Source: Spirochaetota bacterium (lineage in GTDB: Bacteria > Spirochaetota > JAGLSM01 > JAKPMW01). From it: a stretch of DNA of 64,000 nt. Every line of letters starts with the position of its first letter. Within the stretch, counting starts at the first letter, position 1. The position numbers and the translations under genes were made by a program. Shown here piece after piece: positions 46,753 to 56,930 of the stretch. The stretch covers positions 14,923-78,922 of the forward strand of contig JAITCI010000076.1 of assembly GCA_031283155.1 (NCBI GenBank). Direction: 5' to 3'. The notes beneath the pieces were generated by a model. The model was not told the origin of the DNA. It did no database searches and saw only the letters and a program-made list of their open reading frames with translations.

Positions 46753-49700
46753 ATGAATCGCAGGCAGGGGGAGATCGTGCCAGGCAAGGATGACAAATTT
46801 GCCGGCCTTGACCAGCTCTTCGAGAGTCTTGGGCGCGAATCGGAGCGCGGAGCTCCGGATCTGGGAACGCCTATGGCGCCCGGAGAGGGTAACTTTGGCC
46901 CGGACGCAGCTTCGCCCTTTTCTGATCTGAACAGTTTTACTCCCGCCGAAGAAAAGCCGGCCGTCGAAACGATCTCCAAAGAGGAAGCCGCTCTCGAAGA
47001 GATGCTGCGCGAGCTGGATTCGCCTAAATCCGACGATAGCCGCAGCAACGAATCCAGCGCCGGTGCCGATTTTCTGGATTTAAGCGCGCCCCCGCCCGCA
47101 GGTTCCGGCTTTTCCTTTGACGACGAACTGAATGACGAGCCCGACCCTGCCCCTCCTGTGATGAGCGATGAGCCGTCCATGGATGATTTTGCGCCCGACG
47201 AGCCGCCTGTTGAAGAAACGCCTCTTGCCGAAGAGATGGTTGCGCCCGATACCTCGCCCTGGGGGGATCTCGAAGCCGAAATACCCGCAGACGCCGCAGA
47301 TGATGCGGGCGCGGATTTTGTGCAGGAACTCGAGAATGTGGATCTCGATATCCCCGGGAGTTTCGACGAGGCTATGGCAGACGGCTTCGAAACCGATTTT
47401 TCCGATCAGGCTGACGCTGTTGCCGACGAGGGGATGAGTTCGTTTATTGATGAGCTTGCGTCTGCGGATTTACCGGCGGAAGAAGCGCCGGCCGCAGATG
47501 ACAGTCTTGACTTAGGTTCCGCTTTTTCAGAGGGTGCCGCTGCGGGCGGGAGTGATGATCCTTTCAGTGGTTTCTCTTCCGGTTTTTCCTCTGACGAAAC
47601 AAGCCCGGGGATAGAGGAGAGGGAAGAGCAGCCTGCTGGTTTAAGTGAAGAGGACGATAACCCATTCGGCGATCTGGGCGGTTTTGGAAGCGACTTTCAA
47701 TCCGAGTCTTCCGAGGCAGCCTTTCCCGGACTGGATGAAGGATTCACAACGGATTACAGTTCCGGCGACAATTTCGATAATGTTGACCTCGGTTTTGGAT
47801 CCGGAGTTGCGGTTCCGTCCGGTGGCGATGAAGACTATGTTGAACCCATAGAACTCAGCGATGAGGATCTGCGGCGCATTCGCAAGCGAATGACGATCAT
47901 GACGCCTCGGCTCCGCGAAGCCGCAACACGAGCCATATCGGGAGACGCGATTAAGCCCAAGGCGCAAAACCGGCTCATCCTTATGCTCCTGAACAAAGCG
48001 TCCATGAATGAGGTGCGCGCCTTTCTTGAGCAGGAACTCGGCGAGAGTTTGCGGGAAGAGGCGGAGATACCGGGCATGGAGGCTTTTCCCGAGGCCGCCG
48101 CATCCCCTTCGCGCAGAACCCCATACCCTTCCATTCCCAGAGAGAGCGCGTTTGGCAAGATATGGCCAATACTGAGACTCAGCGTACTGGCAGTCGGCGT
48201 GGTTGTTCTTTGCCTCCTGCTCTACCTTTTGCTTATTCGCCCGGGCATGACCGGAAGGGATCTCATGGAGCGCGGACTCGCGAGCATACGGCTTGAGGAC
48301 TATACCGAGGGAGAGGACTTTTTCCGGCGCGGCGAGGTGTATCTTGGCAAGGATATCGCGTGGTACCGGAGATACGCGGAGACCTATAACGAAATGCGGG
48401 AACCCGCGCGCGCCATCCGCAAGATTCGCGAGGGGCTTGCCTTTGCGCCCAGGGATTTTGATTCCCTGATGCTGCTGGGCGATATCCATACGGAAACCAA
48501 AGATTTTGATTCCGCGCGCGAAACCTTTTTGCAGATGGAGAAGTATTACCCTGAGAGTCTGAAGGTTCCCGAGAAGATAGGCGACGTGTATCTCGCGATG
48601 GGCGACGACCGCAAGAGTCCCGACTATTACGAACTCGCGCGCATTGAGTATGAAAAGATCACGGATAAAGACTGGAAGAATCTTGACGGGCAGTTCAAGA
48701 CGCTTCTTGCGTACGTAAAGATGCGCAAGCTGCCGCAGGCCGAGGAGAAGCTGCGGCATATTCACAGGATCAATTCGAGCGCGATGCACGTACCAATTCT
48801 GACGGAATATTCCGCCCTGCTCCAGGATAATCAAAAGTGGTCCGAGTCGCGCACGATGCTTGAGAGTATACTGGATAAGGATTGGCAGTATGCTCCGGCG
48901 CAGTATCGCATGAGCAAATATTACCGCGAACAGCTTGACTATAAGCGGGCGCTTGCGCATATCAATAATGCCGTTCGCTATGATAAAAACAGCGCTGTTT
49001 TTCATAATGAACGGGGAGAGGTTCTCCTTTCGTTTATGCGTCCCGATATTCCCGAGGCGATGCAGAGCTTTACCCTTGCGCGCGAACTTGATCCCAAATA
49101 TCCGCCCCCATACATCAATCTTGGGCACATCTATTACGAGCATCTTACCCCGGGCGACTCGGGGGATTTGAACCTTGAGGAGCGAAATTACGATCAGGCG
49201 CTCGAAAATTATGAGAACGCCCTGTATCTGATGCCTGCCGATTTTAACGATGAAAAATTCTTCTATAATCTCGGATGGCTCTATTACCGGAAAAAGCGCT
49301 ATGAGGACGCGCTCGTTTCATGGCAGCGGTTATATGCCGAAAATCCGTTTCATCCGGTTATCTCCTTCTCGATGGGGAACGCCTGGCTGCATCTCGGGAA
49401 GGACGATCTGGCGGAGGCAGAGTACGACAAGGTGATGCGCTATTACGAGACCATCGCGAAGCGTATTTCTTTTATTGACCCCGATCAGAAGCGGCACAAA
49501 AATGTTTTTGGTATGCTGGTCAACAGCTATAACAACCTTGGGGTTGCGTGGGAAAAGCGCCACCAGCGTTTGGGCGATCCGGAGTGGGAAAAGCGCGCGT
49601 TAATGTCCTTCTGGAAGTCACGCGAGCTGGCCGACCGTCTTAATAAAGTGGGATTTGAATTTCCGGAAAACAATATCCGCTACGTGCTGCACCGCGATTA

Positions 49701-49779
49701 CCGGAACCGCGAACTCGCAATCGCGCCCGAACTCGGGAATAACACTGTGCCGAAATTCCTGGCTTACGAAAAGCAGTAG
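46753..49779 (+). CDS. Large protein: ~450-aa highly acidic low-complexity region, one TM helix, C-terminal TPR domain
   Basis: D/E-rich disordered N-terminal region, TM WPILRLSVLAVGVVVLCLLLYLLLI, then TPR repeats. Start uncertain: the ORF opens at TTG 46678 and the first ATG is at 46753. Confidence 0.7.
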   Translation: MNRRQGEIVPGKDDKFAGLDQLFESLGRESERGAPDLGTPMAPGEGNFGPDAASPFSDLNSFTPAEEKPAVETISKEEAALEEMLRELDSPKSDDSRSNESSAGADFLDLSAPPPAGSGFSFDDELNDEPDPAPPVMSDEPSMDDFAPDEPPVEETPLAEEMVAPDTSPWGDLEAEIPADAADDAGADFVQELENVDLDIPGSFDEAMADGFETDFSDQADAVADEGMSSFIDELASADLPAEEAPAADDSLDLGSAFSEGAAAGGSDDPFSGFSSGFSSDETSPGIEEREEQPAGLSEEDDNPFGDLGGFGSDFQSESSEAAFPGLDEGFTTDYSSGDNFDNVDLGFGSGVAVPSGGDEDYVEPIELSDEDLRRIRKRMTIMTPRLREAATRAISGDAIKPKAQNRLILMLLNKASMNEVRAFLEQELGESLREEAEIPGMEAFPEAAASPSRRTPYPSIPRESAFGKIWPILRLSVLAVGVVVLCLLLYLLLIRPGMTGRDLMERGLASIRLEDYTEGEDFFRRGEVYLGKDIAWYRRYAETYNEMREPARAIRKIREGLAFAPRDFDSLMLLGDIHTETKDFDSARETFLQMEKYYPESLKVPEKIGDVYLAMGDDRKSPDYYELARIEYEKITDKDWKNLDGQFKTLLAYVKMRKLPQAEEKLRHIHRINSSAMHVPILTEYSALLQDNQKWSESRTMLESILDKDWQYAPAQYRMSKYYREQLDYKRALAHINNAVRYDKNSAVFHNERGEVLLSFMRPDIPEAMQSFTLARELDPKYPPPYINLGHIYYEHLTPGDSGDLNLEERNYDQALENYENALYLMPADFNDEKFFYNLGWLYYRKKRYEDALVSWQRLYAENPFHPVISFSMGNAWLHLGKDDLAEAEYDKVMRYYETIAKRISFIDPDQKRHKNVFGMLVNSYNNLGVAWEKRHQRLGDPEWEKRALMSFWKSRELADRLNKVGFEFPENNIRYVLHRDYRNRELAIAPELGNNTVPKFLAYEKQ

Positions 49780-49904
49780 GAATGCCTCTTGGCGCGCCTG
49801 AGCCGGGCATAAGTTTCTTTTGCATGGATTTTCAAAAATCCATACCTTTTACTATCTCTGCCCGGTTGAAGCGTTGAAGTCCAAACGCAATTTATGGAGA
49901 ATTT

Positions 49905-51149
49905 ATGAGTAATAAAAGAAGAGTCGTATTAACCGGCATGGGGGCGATAACCCCCATAGGCAAGAGTTTTCCGGAATTCTGGAAAAACGCCCGCGCGGGA
50001 ATGAGCGGTGTTGCTCCGATTACGCATTTTGACTCCACGAATTACGCCACAAAATTTGCCGCCGAAGTCAAGGATTTCAATCCTGATGATTATTTTGATC
50101 ACAAAATCGCGCGCCGGATGGGGCGCTTCATTCAGTTTGCCTATGCCGCCAGCATCGAGGCCTGCCGCGACGCCGGGCTTAACCTGGATGTATGTAACCG
50201 CGAACGCGTCGGCATACTCCTGGGCTCCGGAACCGGCGGCATTGACTGTATTGAGGAGCAAAAACAGATTCTTATTGAGAAAGGTCCCGCAAAGGTATCG
50301 CCGTTTTTGGTGCCGATGGCGACCATCGATATGGCGAGTGGGCAGATCTCCATCTGTATGGATATTCGCGGGCCGAATTATGGCGTATCGAGCGCGTGCG
50401 CCACGGGCAATAACGCGATTGGGATTGGCTTTCGTTCCATAAAATACGACGAAACAGACGTGATGTTTTGCGGCGGCTCCGAGGCAAGTATCACCCCCCT
50501 CGTTTTCGCGGCTTTTTCGGCCTCGCGCGCGCTTTCCACCCGCAATGACAATCCCGCGATAGCCAGCCGTCCCTTTGATCGTGATCGCGATGGTTTTGTG
50601 ATAGGCGAGGGCGGCGCGGTGGTGATCCTCGAGGAACTGGGGCATGCGCAGAGGCGCGGCGCGAAGATTTACGCCGAGATGCTTGGCTTTGCCGCAACCG
50701 GCGACGCCCACCATCTGACGGCGCCGCACCCCGAGGGTGCCGGCGCGGCGCGCGCGATGAAGCTCGCGCTCGCAGAGGCGAATATTGAACCCTCCATGAT
50801 TGGGCATATCAACGCGCACGCCACTTCCACCGGCCTCGGGGATATGGCGGAAGCCAGGGCTCTCCGCACTGTTTTTGGAGAATACGCGAACAAGATCCCG
50901 GTCAACGCGACCAAATCCCTTGTGGGACATTTAGTCGGAGGTTCCGGCGCGCTGGGCGCGGCGTGCGTGGCGAAAACCATCTCCTGCGGCGAGGTACATC
51001 CCTCCATCAACGTATATAATCAGGATCCGGAATGTGATCTGGAGATCATCCGTGAAGCGAAGACCCTGGAAATTCAGTACGCGCTCGCGAACGCCTTCGG
51101 TTTCGGAGGGCATAACACCTGCCTTGTTTTTGGCAAATACACCGGCTGA
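49905..51149 (+). CDS. fabF: 3-oxoacyl-ACP synthase II
   Basis: Active-site C (SSACATG), HAHATST and GHLVGGSG motifs. 414 aa. Confidence 0.95.
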   Translation: MSNKRRVVLTGMGAITPIGKSFPEFWKNARAGMSGVAPITHFDSTNYATKFAAEVKDFNPDDYFDHKIARRMGRFIQFAYAASIEACRDAGLNLDVCNRERVGILLGSGTGGIDCIEEQKQILIEKGPAKVSPFLVPMATIDMASGQISICMDIRGPNYGVSSACATGNNAIGIGFRSIKYDETDVMFCGGSEASITPLVFAAFSASRALSTRNDNPAIASRPFDRDRDGFVIGEGGAVVILEELGHAQRRGAKIYAEMLGFAATGDAHHLTAPHPEGAGAARAMKLALAEANIEPSMIGHINAHATSTGLGDMAEARALRTVFGEYANKIPVNATKSLVGHLVGGSGALGAACVAKTISCGEVHPSINVYNQDPECDLEIIREAKTLEIQYALANAFGFGGHNTCLVFGKYTG

Positions 51150-51281
51150 ACCTTTTTATTTTGACAGGCTTATGCGTCTTGCTTTATTCTGGCAGGGGCG
51201 CGCAAAACAAAATATCAGGTAACATTTAAGTCTGTTTGCGCAGACGTAAATGCGCTCCACGAAAGCGAGGATGCAAGGCAC

Positions 51282-52100
51282 ATGCTGTGTGAATTTGACT
51301 ACCTCGAACCAACGACGCTCGCCGATGTACTCGAAATTCTCGGTCAGGGCGATGCGGGCGTCCGGATCCTGGCAGGCGGAACGGATCTGCTTGTCAATAT
51401 CCGCGCCGGTTTGATTACCCCAAAAGCGCTTGTGAATATCAAAAAAACAGCCGGGCTGGATACTTTTGCCTTTCATCCCGACCGGGGGCTGGAGATTGGA
51501 CCTGCTGTCACCATAAACCAGCTTATCACCAATACCGAAATCGCCCGCCGGTATCCGCTGCTGGAGCAATGCGCGGAGATGCTTGCTTCGTATCAGCTTC
51601 GGAACCGCGCTACCGTTATCGGGAATATCGTGAATGCTTCCCCGTCCGCCGATATGGCACCCGCGCTTCTTTGTTACAGGGCGAAACTGACGCTCACCTC
51701 CAAACGAGGTTCCAGAAAGGTGGGGATCGCGGAATTTTTTACGGGCGTCAAAAAGACCGTGCTTGCCGCCGACGAGATCGTCGAAAAAATTACTATTCCG
51801 GCGTCCGAGGCGGACGGCAAGGGCGGGTACGCCAAGCTCAAGCGTATCAAGGGGCATGACCTCGGCATTGTGGGCGTCGCCCTGCACAAAAAGCAGGATT
51901 ACATTCGCATTGCGGTCAGCGCCTCCGCGCCCACGCCGATCCTCGCGCCTGATTTTCAGGCAAAAGATTCTCCCGATTATATAGCCGAACAGGTGCTTGC
52001 CGCGATTAAGCCCATCGATGATATACGTTCCTCGCGCGAGTATCGGCGGTTCATGGCGTCGGTATTCGTAAAGCGTCTTTTGGAAGAGGTGCGCGCATGA
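51282..52100 (+). CDS. Xanthine-dehydrogenase-family FAD-binding subunit (CoxM/XdhB-like)
   Basis: ILAGGTDL FAD-binding motif and a CO_deh_flav_C-like C-terminus. Confidence 0.85.
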   Translation: MLCEFDYLEPTTLADVLEILGQGDAGVRILAGGTDLLVNIRAGLITPKALVNIKKTAGLDTFAFHPDRGLEIGPAVTINQLITNTEIARRYPLLEQCAEMLASYQLRNRATVIGNIVNASPSADMAPALLCYRAKLTLTSKRGSRKVGIAEFFTGVKKTVLAADEIVEKITIPASEADGKGGYAKLKRIKGHDLGIVGVALHKKQDYIRIAVSASAPTPILAPDFQAKDSPDYIAEQVLAAIKPIDDIRSSREYRRFMASVFVKRLLEEVRA

Positions 52101-52582
52101 AGATTACCCTCACTGTAAATGATCAGGTATATACGCGCGAATGCGCTCCATCAAAAAATCTCCTGCATTTTTTGCGCGAGGACATAGGACTCACGGGTAC
52201 CAAGGAAGGCTGCGGCGCGGGCGAGTGCGGCGCGTGTACGGTTATCATGGACGGCAAGGCGGTCAATGCCTGCCTTGTGCTTGCCGCCGAAGCCAACGGA
52301 GCGCAGATCCGAACCGTCGAGGGCGAGGCGAAGGACGGAATCCTCTCCCCCCTGCAGCAAAAGTTTATGGAGCACCACGCCGTCCAATGCGGTTTTTGTA
52401 CTCCCGGAATGCTTATGTCATTGCGTGAGCTTCTGGAACGAAACGCGAAGCCGGGCGAGCATGAGATCAAACAGGCGATTGAAGGTAATTTCTGCCGCTG
52501 CACCGGATACCAGCAGATCATTGAGGCGGTTCTTGATCTCACCGGCCAGTTGGAGCACAAGGGGGAGCTGCGCCATGTATGA
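52097..52582 (+). CDS. XDH-family [2Fe-2S] ferredoxin subunit
   Basis: CGAGECGACTV and QCGFCTPGM...CRCTGY cysteine motifs. Confidence 0.9.
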   Translation: MKITLTVNDQVYTRECAPSKNLLHFLREDIGLTGTKEGCGAGECGACTVIMDGKAVNACLVLAAEANGAQIRTVEGEAKDGILSPLQQKFMEHHAVQCGFCTPGMLMSLRELLERNAKPGEHEIKQAIEGNFCRCTGYQQIIEAVLDLTGQLEHKGELRHV

Positions 52583-55001
52583 TCAGATCGATCAAAAGGA
52601 TCTCAGCTTCGTGGGGCATGACGTACCGCGCATCGACGCAATCGAAAAGCTCACAGGCGAAGCGGCCTACGTCAGCGATATGATCCTGCCCGGGATGCTC
52701 CATGCCGCGGTTAAACGCAGCCCTCATGCGCGCGCGCGGATCGTGCGTATCGATACTTCCAAAGCGATGGCGCTGCCCGGGGTGCGCTCCATTGTCATCG
52801 GCGACGAACTCGATTACCGCATCGGGCTGTATGTGGTTGATAAATATATCCTCGCGCGGGAAGAGGTTCGGCACTACGGCGAGGCGGTCGCGGCGGTGGC
52901 GGCGGATACGCTTATCATCGCGAAGGAGGCTGTCCGGCTTATCGAGGTTGAGTATGAGCCGCTTCCGGCTGTCCTTGCGCCGCTCGACGCGATTAACATT
53001 GACGATCCTGCGAAGCCCGGGAAAGCCCCGCTTGTACATCCAAAGCTGGGCGAGTATGACCATGTACGCAACGCCTTCACCCCGCAGCCCGGAACCAATG
53101 TGGCCAACTATACCAAGTTTCGCAAGGGCGATATTGACAAAGGTTTCGCCGAGGCCGACTGGATAGTCGAGCGGCAGTATACGAATCCATCGGTGCAGCA
53201 CGTCCCCATGGAAACGCACGTAGCGATAGTGCAATGGCAGGCCGGCGACCGGATCACGATCTGGACCTCGGCGCAGTCGCCCTACGCGGTACGCAATCTC
53301 TTCTGCCACTCGTTCAAAATCCCGCACAAAAATGTGCGCGTTATCATCCCCTATATCGGGGGCGGGTTTGGCGGCAAGGCCGGCATCGGTATTGAGCCGC
53401 TCGTGGCCTGCCTCTCGCGCAAGGCGGGCGGGCGTCCGGTCAAATTGCAGGCGACGCGCGAGGAGGAGTTCAGCCTCCTTCCCTGCCGAAGCGCGCTCAC
53501 CTACCGCATCAAAACCGGCGTGCGCAAGGACGGCAAAATTGTCGCGCAAAAAATGACCATGTACTGGGATTCCGGCGCGTACGCCGATTACGCGGTGAAT
53601 GTGACGCGCGCATCGGGCTATTCCTGCACCGGCCCCTACGAGATCCCGAACGCCTGGGTGGACGCCTATACGATCTATACCAATAAGCCTTATGGCACGG
53701 CCTACCGCGGTTTTGGGCACGTGGAATTTTCGTGGGGGCTTGAGCGCCAGATGGATCTCGCCGCGAGAACCATCGGCATGGATCCGCTCGAGTTCCGCCG
53801 GTTAAATACCCTCAAGCCCGGATCAGTCACGCTCACGGGGGAGCGCATCACCGAGCACACCGGAAATGTCACCAAGTGTATTGAAGAGGCCGCGCGCGGC
53901 ATTCACTATGGCAAGCTCACGAAGGAAGAAGCGGCGCGGCAGAAAAAGACCGGCTGGAAGATCGGAAAGTCCGTGGCCGGATTGCAGAAAGCGCCCGCCA
54001 TGCCGCCCTTTACGGGAACCGCGATCTTCCTCAAGATGAACGAGGACGGCACCGCCACCGCCAATGTTTCCCTGACCGATATGGGCCAGGGCACCTACAC
54101 CTCGCTCGCGCAGATGCTGGCCGAGCGATTGCGGATGCCGGTGGAGAATATCAAAATAGCCTTTGAGTGCGATACCGACCGCGATCCCTACGATTGGCAA
54201 ACGGTGGCTTCCAAGGGGCTTCTGATTGCGGGGAATGCCGCGATCCTCGCTGCGGACGATCTTCTCGCGAATGCCTACGATATGGCGGGGCAGATCCTGC
54301 GCGCGCTTCCGTGCGATCTGGATCATGACGGCAAGGGAGTATTCGTCCGCCACAATCACGAGAAAAAGATCAGCTTCGCCGAGATGGCTGCGGGCTACGC
54401 CTATCCCGACGGCAACGGTATCGGCGGGCCGCTGGTGGGCGTGGGGCGCTATATCGCGCAGGGGCTTACCAATCTGGACAAGGCCACCGGGCAGGGCAAC
54501 CCCGCGCTCGACTGGACCTACGGCGCGCACGGTCTTGTTGCGGAGATCAATGAAGAAACCGGCGAGTACAATATTTTGAAAGTCTGTTCCGTGTTTGACG
54601 TGGGCAAGGCGATCAATCCTGCGGAGGTGCGTGGGCAGGCCGTGGGCGGGATGATCCAGGGACTCGGGACGGCGTGCTGTGAGGGGTATATCTACGACGC
54701 CGAGGGGCGGCTCCTGAATCCCTCCTTCACCGACAATAAAATTTTTACAGCAATGGACTTACCCGAGGTGATTGAGAGCGCGGTTGTGGAAACCGCGCAG
54801 CTTGACGGCCCCTTTGGCGCGCGCGGCGTCGGAGAACATTCCATGATTGGGGTATGCGCCGCGCTCGGGAATGCCATCCTGCAGGTCACAGGCGCGGAAC
54901 TGACGCATATGCCCATCCGCTTTGAGGATGTATGGCGCGCCCTGCAAACAAAGCAATCCCCCGACGCCTGGATCGTAAAAAGTCCCGTGAAGCATTTATA
55001 G
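52575..55001 (+). CDS. XDH-family molybdopterin-binding large subunit
   Basis: 809 aa. YRGFG motif (xanthine dehydrogenase/aldehyde oxidase type, not the CODH AYRGAGR). The start overlaps the previous stop by 8 nt. Confidence 0.9.
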   Translation: MYDQIDQKDLSFVGHDVPRIDAIEKLTGEAAYVSDMILPGMLHAAVKRSPHARARIVRIDTSKAMALPGVRSIVIGDELDYRIGLYVVDKYILAREEVRHYGEAVAAVAADTLIIAKEAVRLIEVEYEPLPAVLAPLDAINIDDPAKPGKAPLVHPKLGEYDHVRNAFTPQPGTNVANYTKFRKGDIDKGFAEADWIVERQYTNPSVQHVPMETHVAIVQWQAGDRITIWTSAQSPYAVRNLFCHSFKIPHKNVRVIIPYIGGGFGGKAGIGIEPLVACLSRKAGGRPVKLQATREEEFSLLPCRSALTYRIKTGVRKDGKIVAQKMTMYWDSGAYADYAVNVTRASGYSCTGPYEIPNAWVDAYTIYTNKPYGTAYRGFGHVEFSWGLERQMDLAARTIGMDPLEFRRLNTLKPGSVTLTGERITEHTGNVTKCIEEAARGIHYGKLTKEEAARQKKTGWKIGKSVAGLQKAPAMPPFTGTAIFLKMNEDGTATANVSLTDMGQGTYTSLAQMLAERLRMPVENIKIAFECDTDRDPYDWQTVASKGLLIAGNAAILAADDLLANAYDMAGQILRALPCDLDHDGKGVFVRHNHEKKISFAEMAAGYAYPDGNGIGGPLVGVGRYIAQGLTNLDKATGQGNPALDWTYGAHGLVAEINEETGEYNILKVCSVFDVGKAINPAEVRGQAVGGMIQGLGTACCEGYIYDAEGRLLNPSFTDNKIFTAMDLPEVIESAVVETAQLDGPFGARGVGEHSMIGVCAALGNAILQVTGAELTHMPIRFEDVWRALQTKQSPDAWIVKSPVKHL

Positions 55002-55023
55002 GCCATTCGGCGGGGAATGCGGT

Positions 55024-56925
55024 ATGTCGCTCCGAAAACGGGTTTCTTTTTTTCTGCTGCTCTATTGCACCATTGCCGCGCTTGCTGTCGGGTTTGTGCA
55101 ATATTTTGTCGCGCAGGATTACCTGTATAATAATGTCCGCGATCAGTCGCAAATTCTTTCCCTGGCAGTAGCGAAAGCCATAAACGGGGATGTACACGCA
55201 TCCCTGGCGGAAAAGGGTTTACGCGCCATAGCGGATCCCTGGTATGTGCGCTATTTTGAGTATATCCGGAAATTAAAAAGACTGTATCCCATACAGTCTG
55301 CGGCGAATATTTTCACGATTCATTATGATGCCGGAAATTCCCTTTGGCGGTACGTTCTGGACGACGGCATTATGCCTCAGGATGGGGTTTGGCTTAAGAT
55401 GCAGGACATTGCCCTCGATGTGCATTGCACTCCCGAAGGGCAGCTCAGGATTGTGTATGGGTTTTTAACGAATACCTCCGACTTTAACGCCAGGGTGAAC
55501 GATAAAATAATTCCGATCCATTTTGAAGGGGAAGCGCCCCGGCAAAGCCTGTTTGTGCTGGGCAAAAAAATCCTGGAGGTGAAAGAATATTCTCCGCATC
55601 TCGTTATGGATACCGTACTCGGAGAGATGAGCCGGGACAGCAGGGAACTCTTCGGCGAGGTGGAGATTCAGGGCAGGCCAATCACAGCGGCTATGGCCTT
55701 TTGCGCGCAGGGCGAATCCCAGAGCCAGCCCGGTATGGTTTTTGTCCGATATCCCGCATTTTATGAAATATGCAAAGAAATTTTGGACAAGAATCAGGAC
55801 GTAACCATAATGGATAATCTGGAGAACATCTGGGGCAACGAGGATTTTATCGCTGTTTCGCCTATATGTACGGATGACGGCGTACCCAATGGGCTGGTGT
55901 GTTATGAGGTTTTTGAACCCATTTTTGTTGCCTTTCAGAATAAGCTCTTCAGATCAATGGCCGCTATCGCCATTCCGATTATCATGCTCGCGTTTGTTTT
56001 ATCCTATTTCCAGGGGCAGCGGCTTGTTCGCCCGGTGCTGAACCTGGAACAGGCATTCAAGAGCATTGTGCAGGGTGATTTTTCGACGCGCATCAGCCTG
56101 GGAAGTATCGATGAGTATGCGGAACTCGCCGCGAGTTTTAACCTTATGACCTCCCGCCACGCGGATTACGTTGAGGAGAGCAAAAAAAATGCCGCCAATA
56201 TGCGCGAGATGGAATTGGCGCGATCCATTCAGGAATCCCTGATTCCGAAAGACATTCCTGTTTCTCCATTTTATAATATCGCGTGCAGATATTCGCCGCT
56301 GCATACAGTGGGGGGCGATAGCATTTGTTTTCGCCGGGGGAATGAAAACCGAATAGGGATTCTTGTGAGCGACGTGGCGGGGCACGGACTGTCGGCGGCG
56401 CTGATCAGCAGTATGGTACATATCGCCTTCGATTTTGAATTTCCGCGCGCGTTTCGCGCGAGCGATCTTTTGGTTGGACTCAATCAATCGCTCTTCAGCA
56501 AGTGCGTCGGCGAGAAGTATGTCACAGCCTGTTATGCCCATCTCGATTTTGGCCGCCATCGCTTTTTTGTCGCCAATGCCGGGCACCCGCCGCTGATTGT
56601 CTACAGAAGCGACAGGGATGTTTTTGAATTTATTAAACCCAAAGGGATCCCCGTCGGCTGTTTTGCCGATGCGCAGTACGAGAGCGAGGTGCGTAATCTG
56701 CAGACAGGCGATCGCATCATTCTGTATACCGATGGGATCAGCGAAGCGCGGCGGGGCGATGGGCAATTGTTCAGCGTGTCCCGTTTTCTTGAGGTTGTCA
56801 GGGAAAATGCCGCGCTTTCCGCCGATAATTTTGCCGACAGGGTGCTTTGGGAAGCGCGCACGTGGCGGGACGCGAAGGACTCCATCGAAGACGATATGAC
56901 CATAGTCGTCGTCGATATTGCCTGA
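55024..56925 (+). CDS. Sensor-domain SpoIIE/PP2C-type serine phosphatase (periplasmic sensor-TM-HAMP-PP2C)
   Basis: HAMP (FKSIVQGDFSTRI), a PP2C core (GGDSICF ... VSDVAGHGLSAALISS) and an N-terminal TM. Confidence 0.8.
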   Translation: MSLRKRVSFFLLLYCTIAALAVGFVQYFVAQDYLYNNVRDQSQILSLAVAKAINGDVHASLAEKGLRAIADPWYVRYFEYIRKLKRLYPIQSAANIFTIHYDAGNSLWRYVLDDGIMPQDGVWLKMQDIALDVHCTPEGQLRIVYGFLTNTSDFNARVNDKIIPIHFEGEAPRQSLFVLGKKILEVKEYSPHLVMDTVLGEMSRDSRELFGEVEIQGRPITAAMAFCAQGESQSQPGMVFVRYPAFYEICKEILDKNQDVTIMDNLENIWGNEDFIAVSPICTDDGVPNGLVCYEVFEPIFVAFQNKLFRSMAAIAIPIIMLAFVLSYFQGQRLVRPVLNLEQAFKSIVQGDFSTRISLGSIDEYAELAASFNLMTSRHADYVEESKKNAANMREMELARSIQESLIPKDIPVSPFYNIACRYSPLHTVGGDSICFRRGNENRIGILVSDVAGHGLSAALISSMVHIAFDFEFPRAFRASDLLVGLNQSLFSKCVGEKYVTACYAHLDFGRHRFFVANAGHPPLIVYRSDRDVFEFIKPKGIPVGCFADAQYESEVRNLQTGDRIILYTDGISEARRGDGQLFSVSRFLEVVRENAALSADNFADRVLWEARTWRDAKDSIEDDMTIVVVDIA

Positions 56926-56930
56926 TGCTT

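Noticed and set aside
47641-49143. 500-aa minus-strand ORF antisense to the acidic/TPR protein gene
   Set aside because: The plus-strand frame has coherent TPR repeats and a TM helix. The minus-strand translation is feature-poor. A long open antisense frame can arise in a locally AT-richer, repeat-containing gene.
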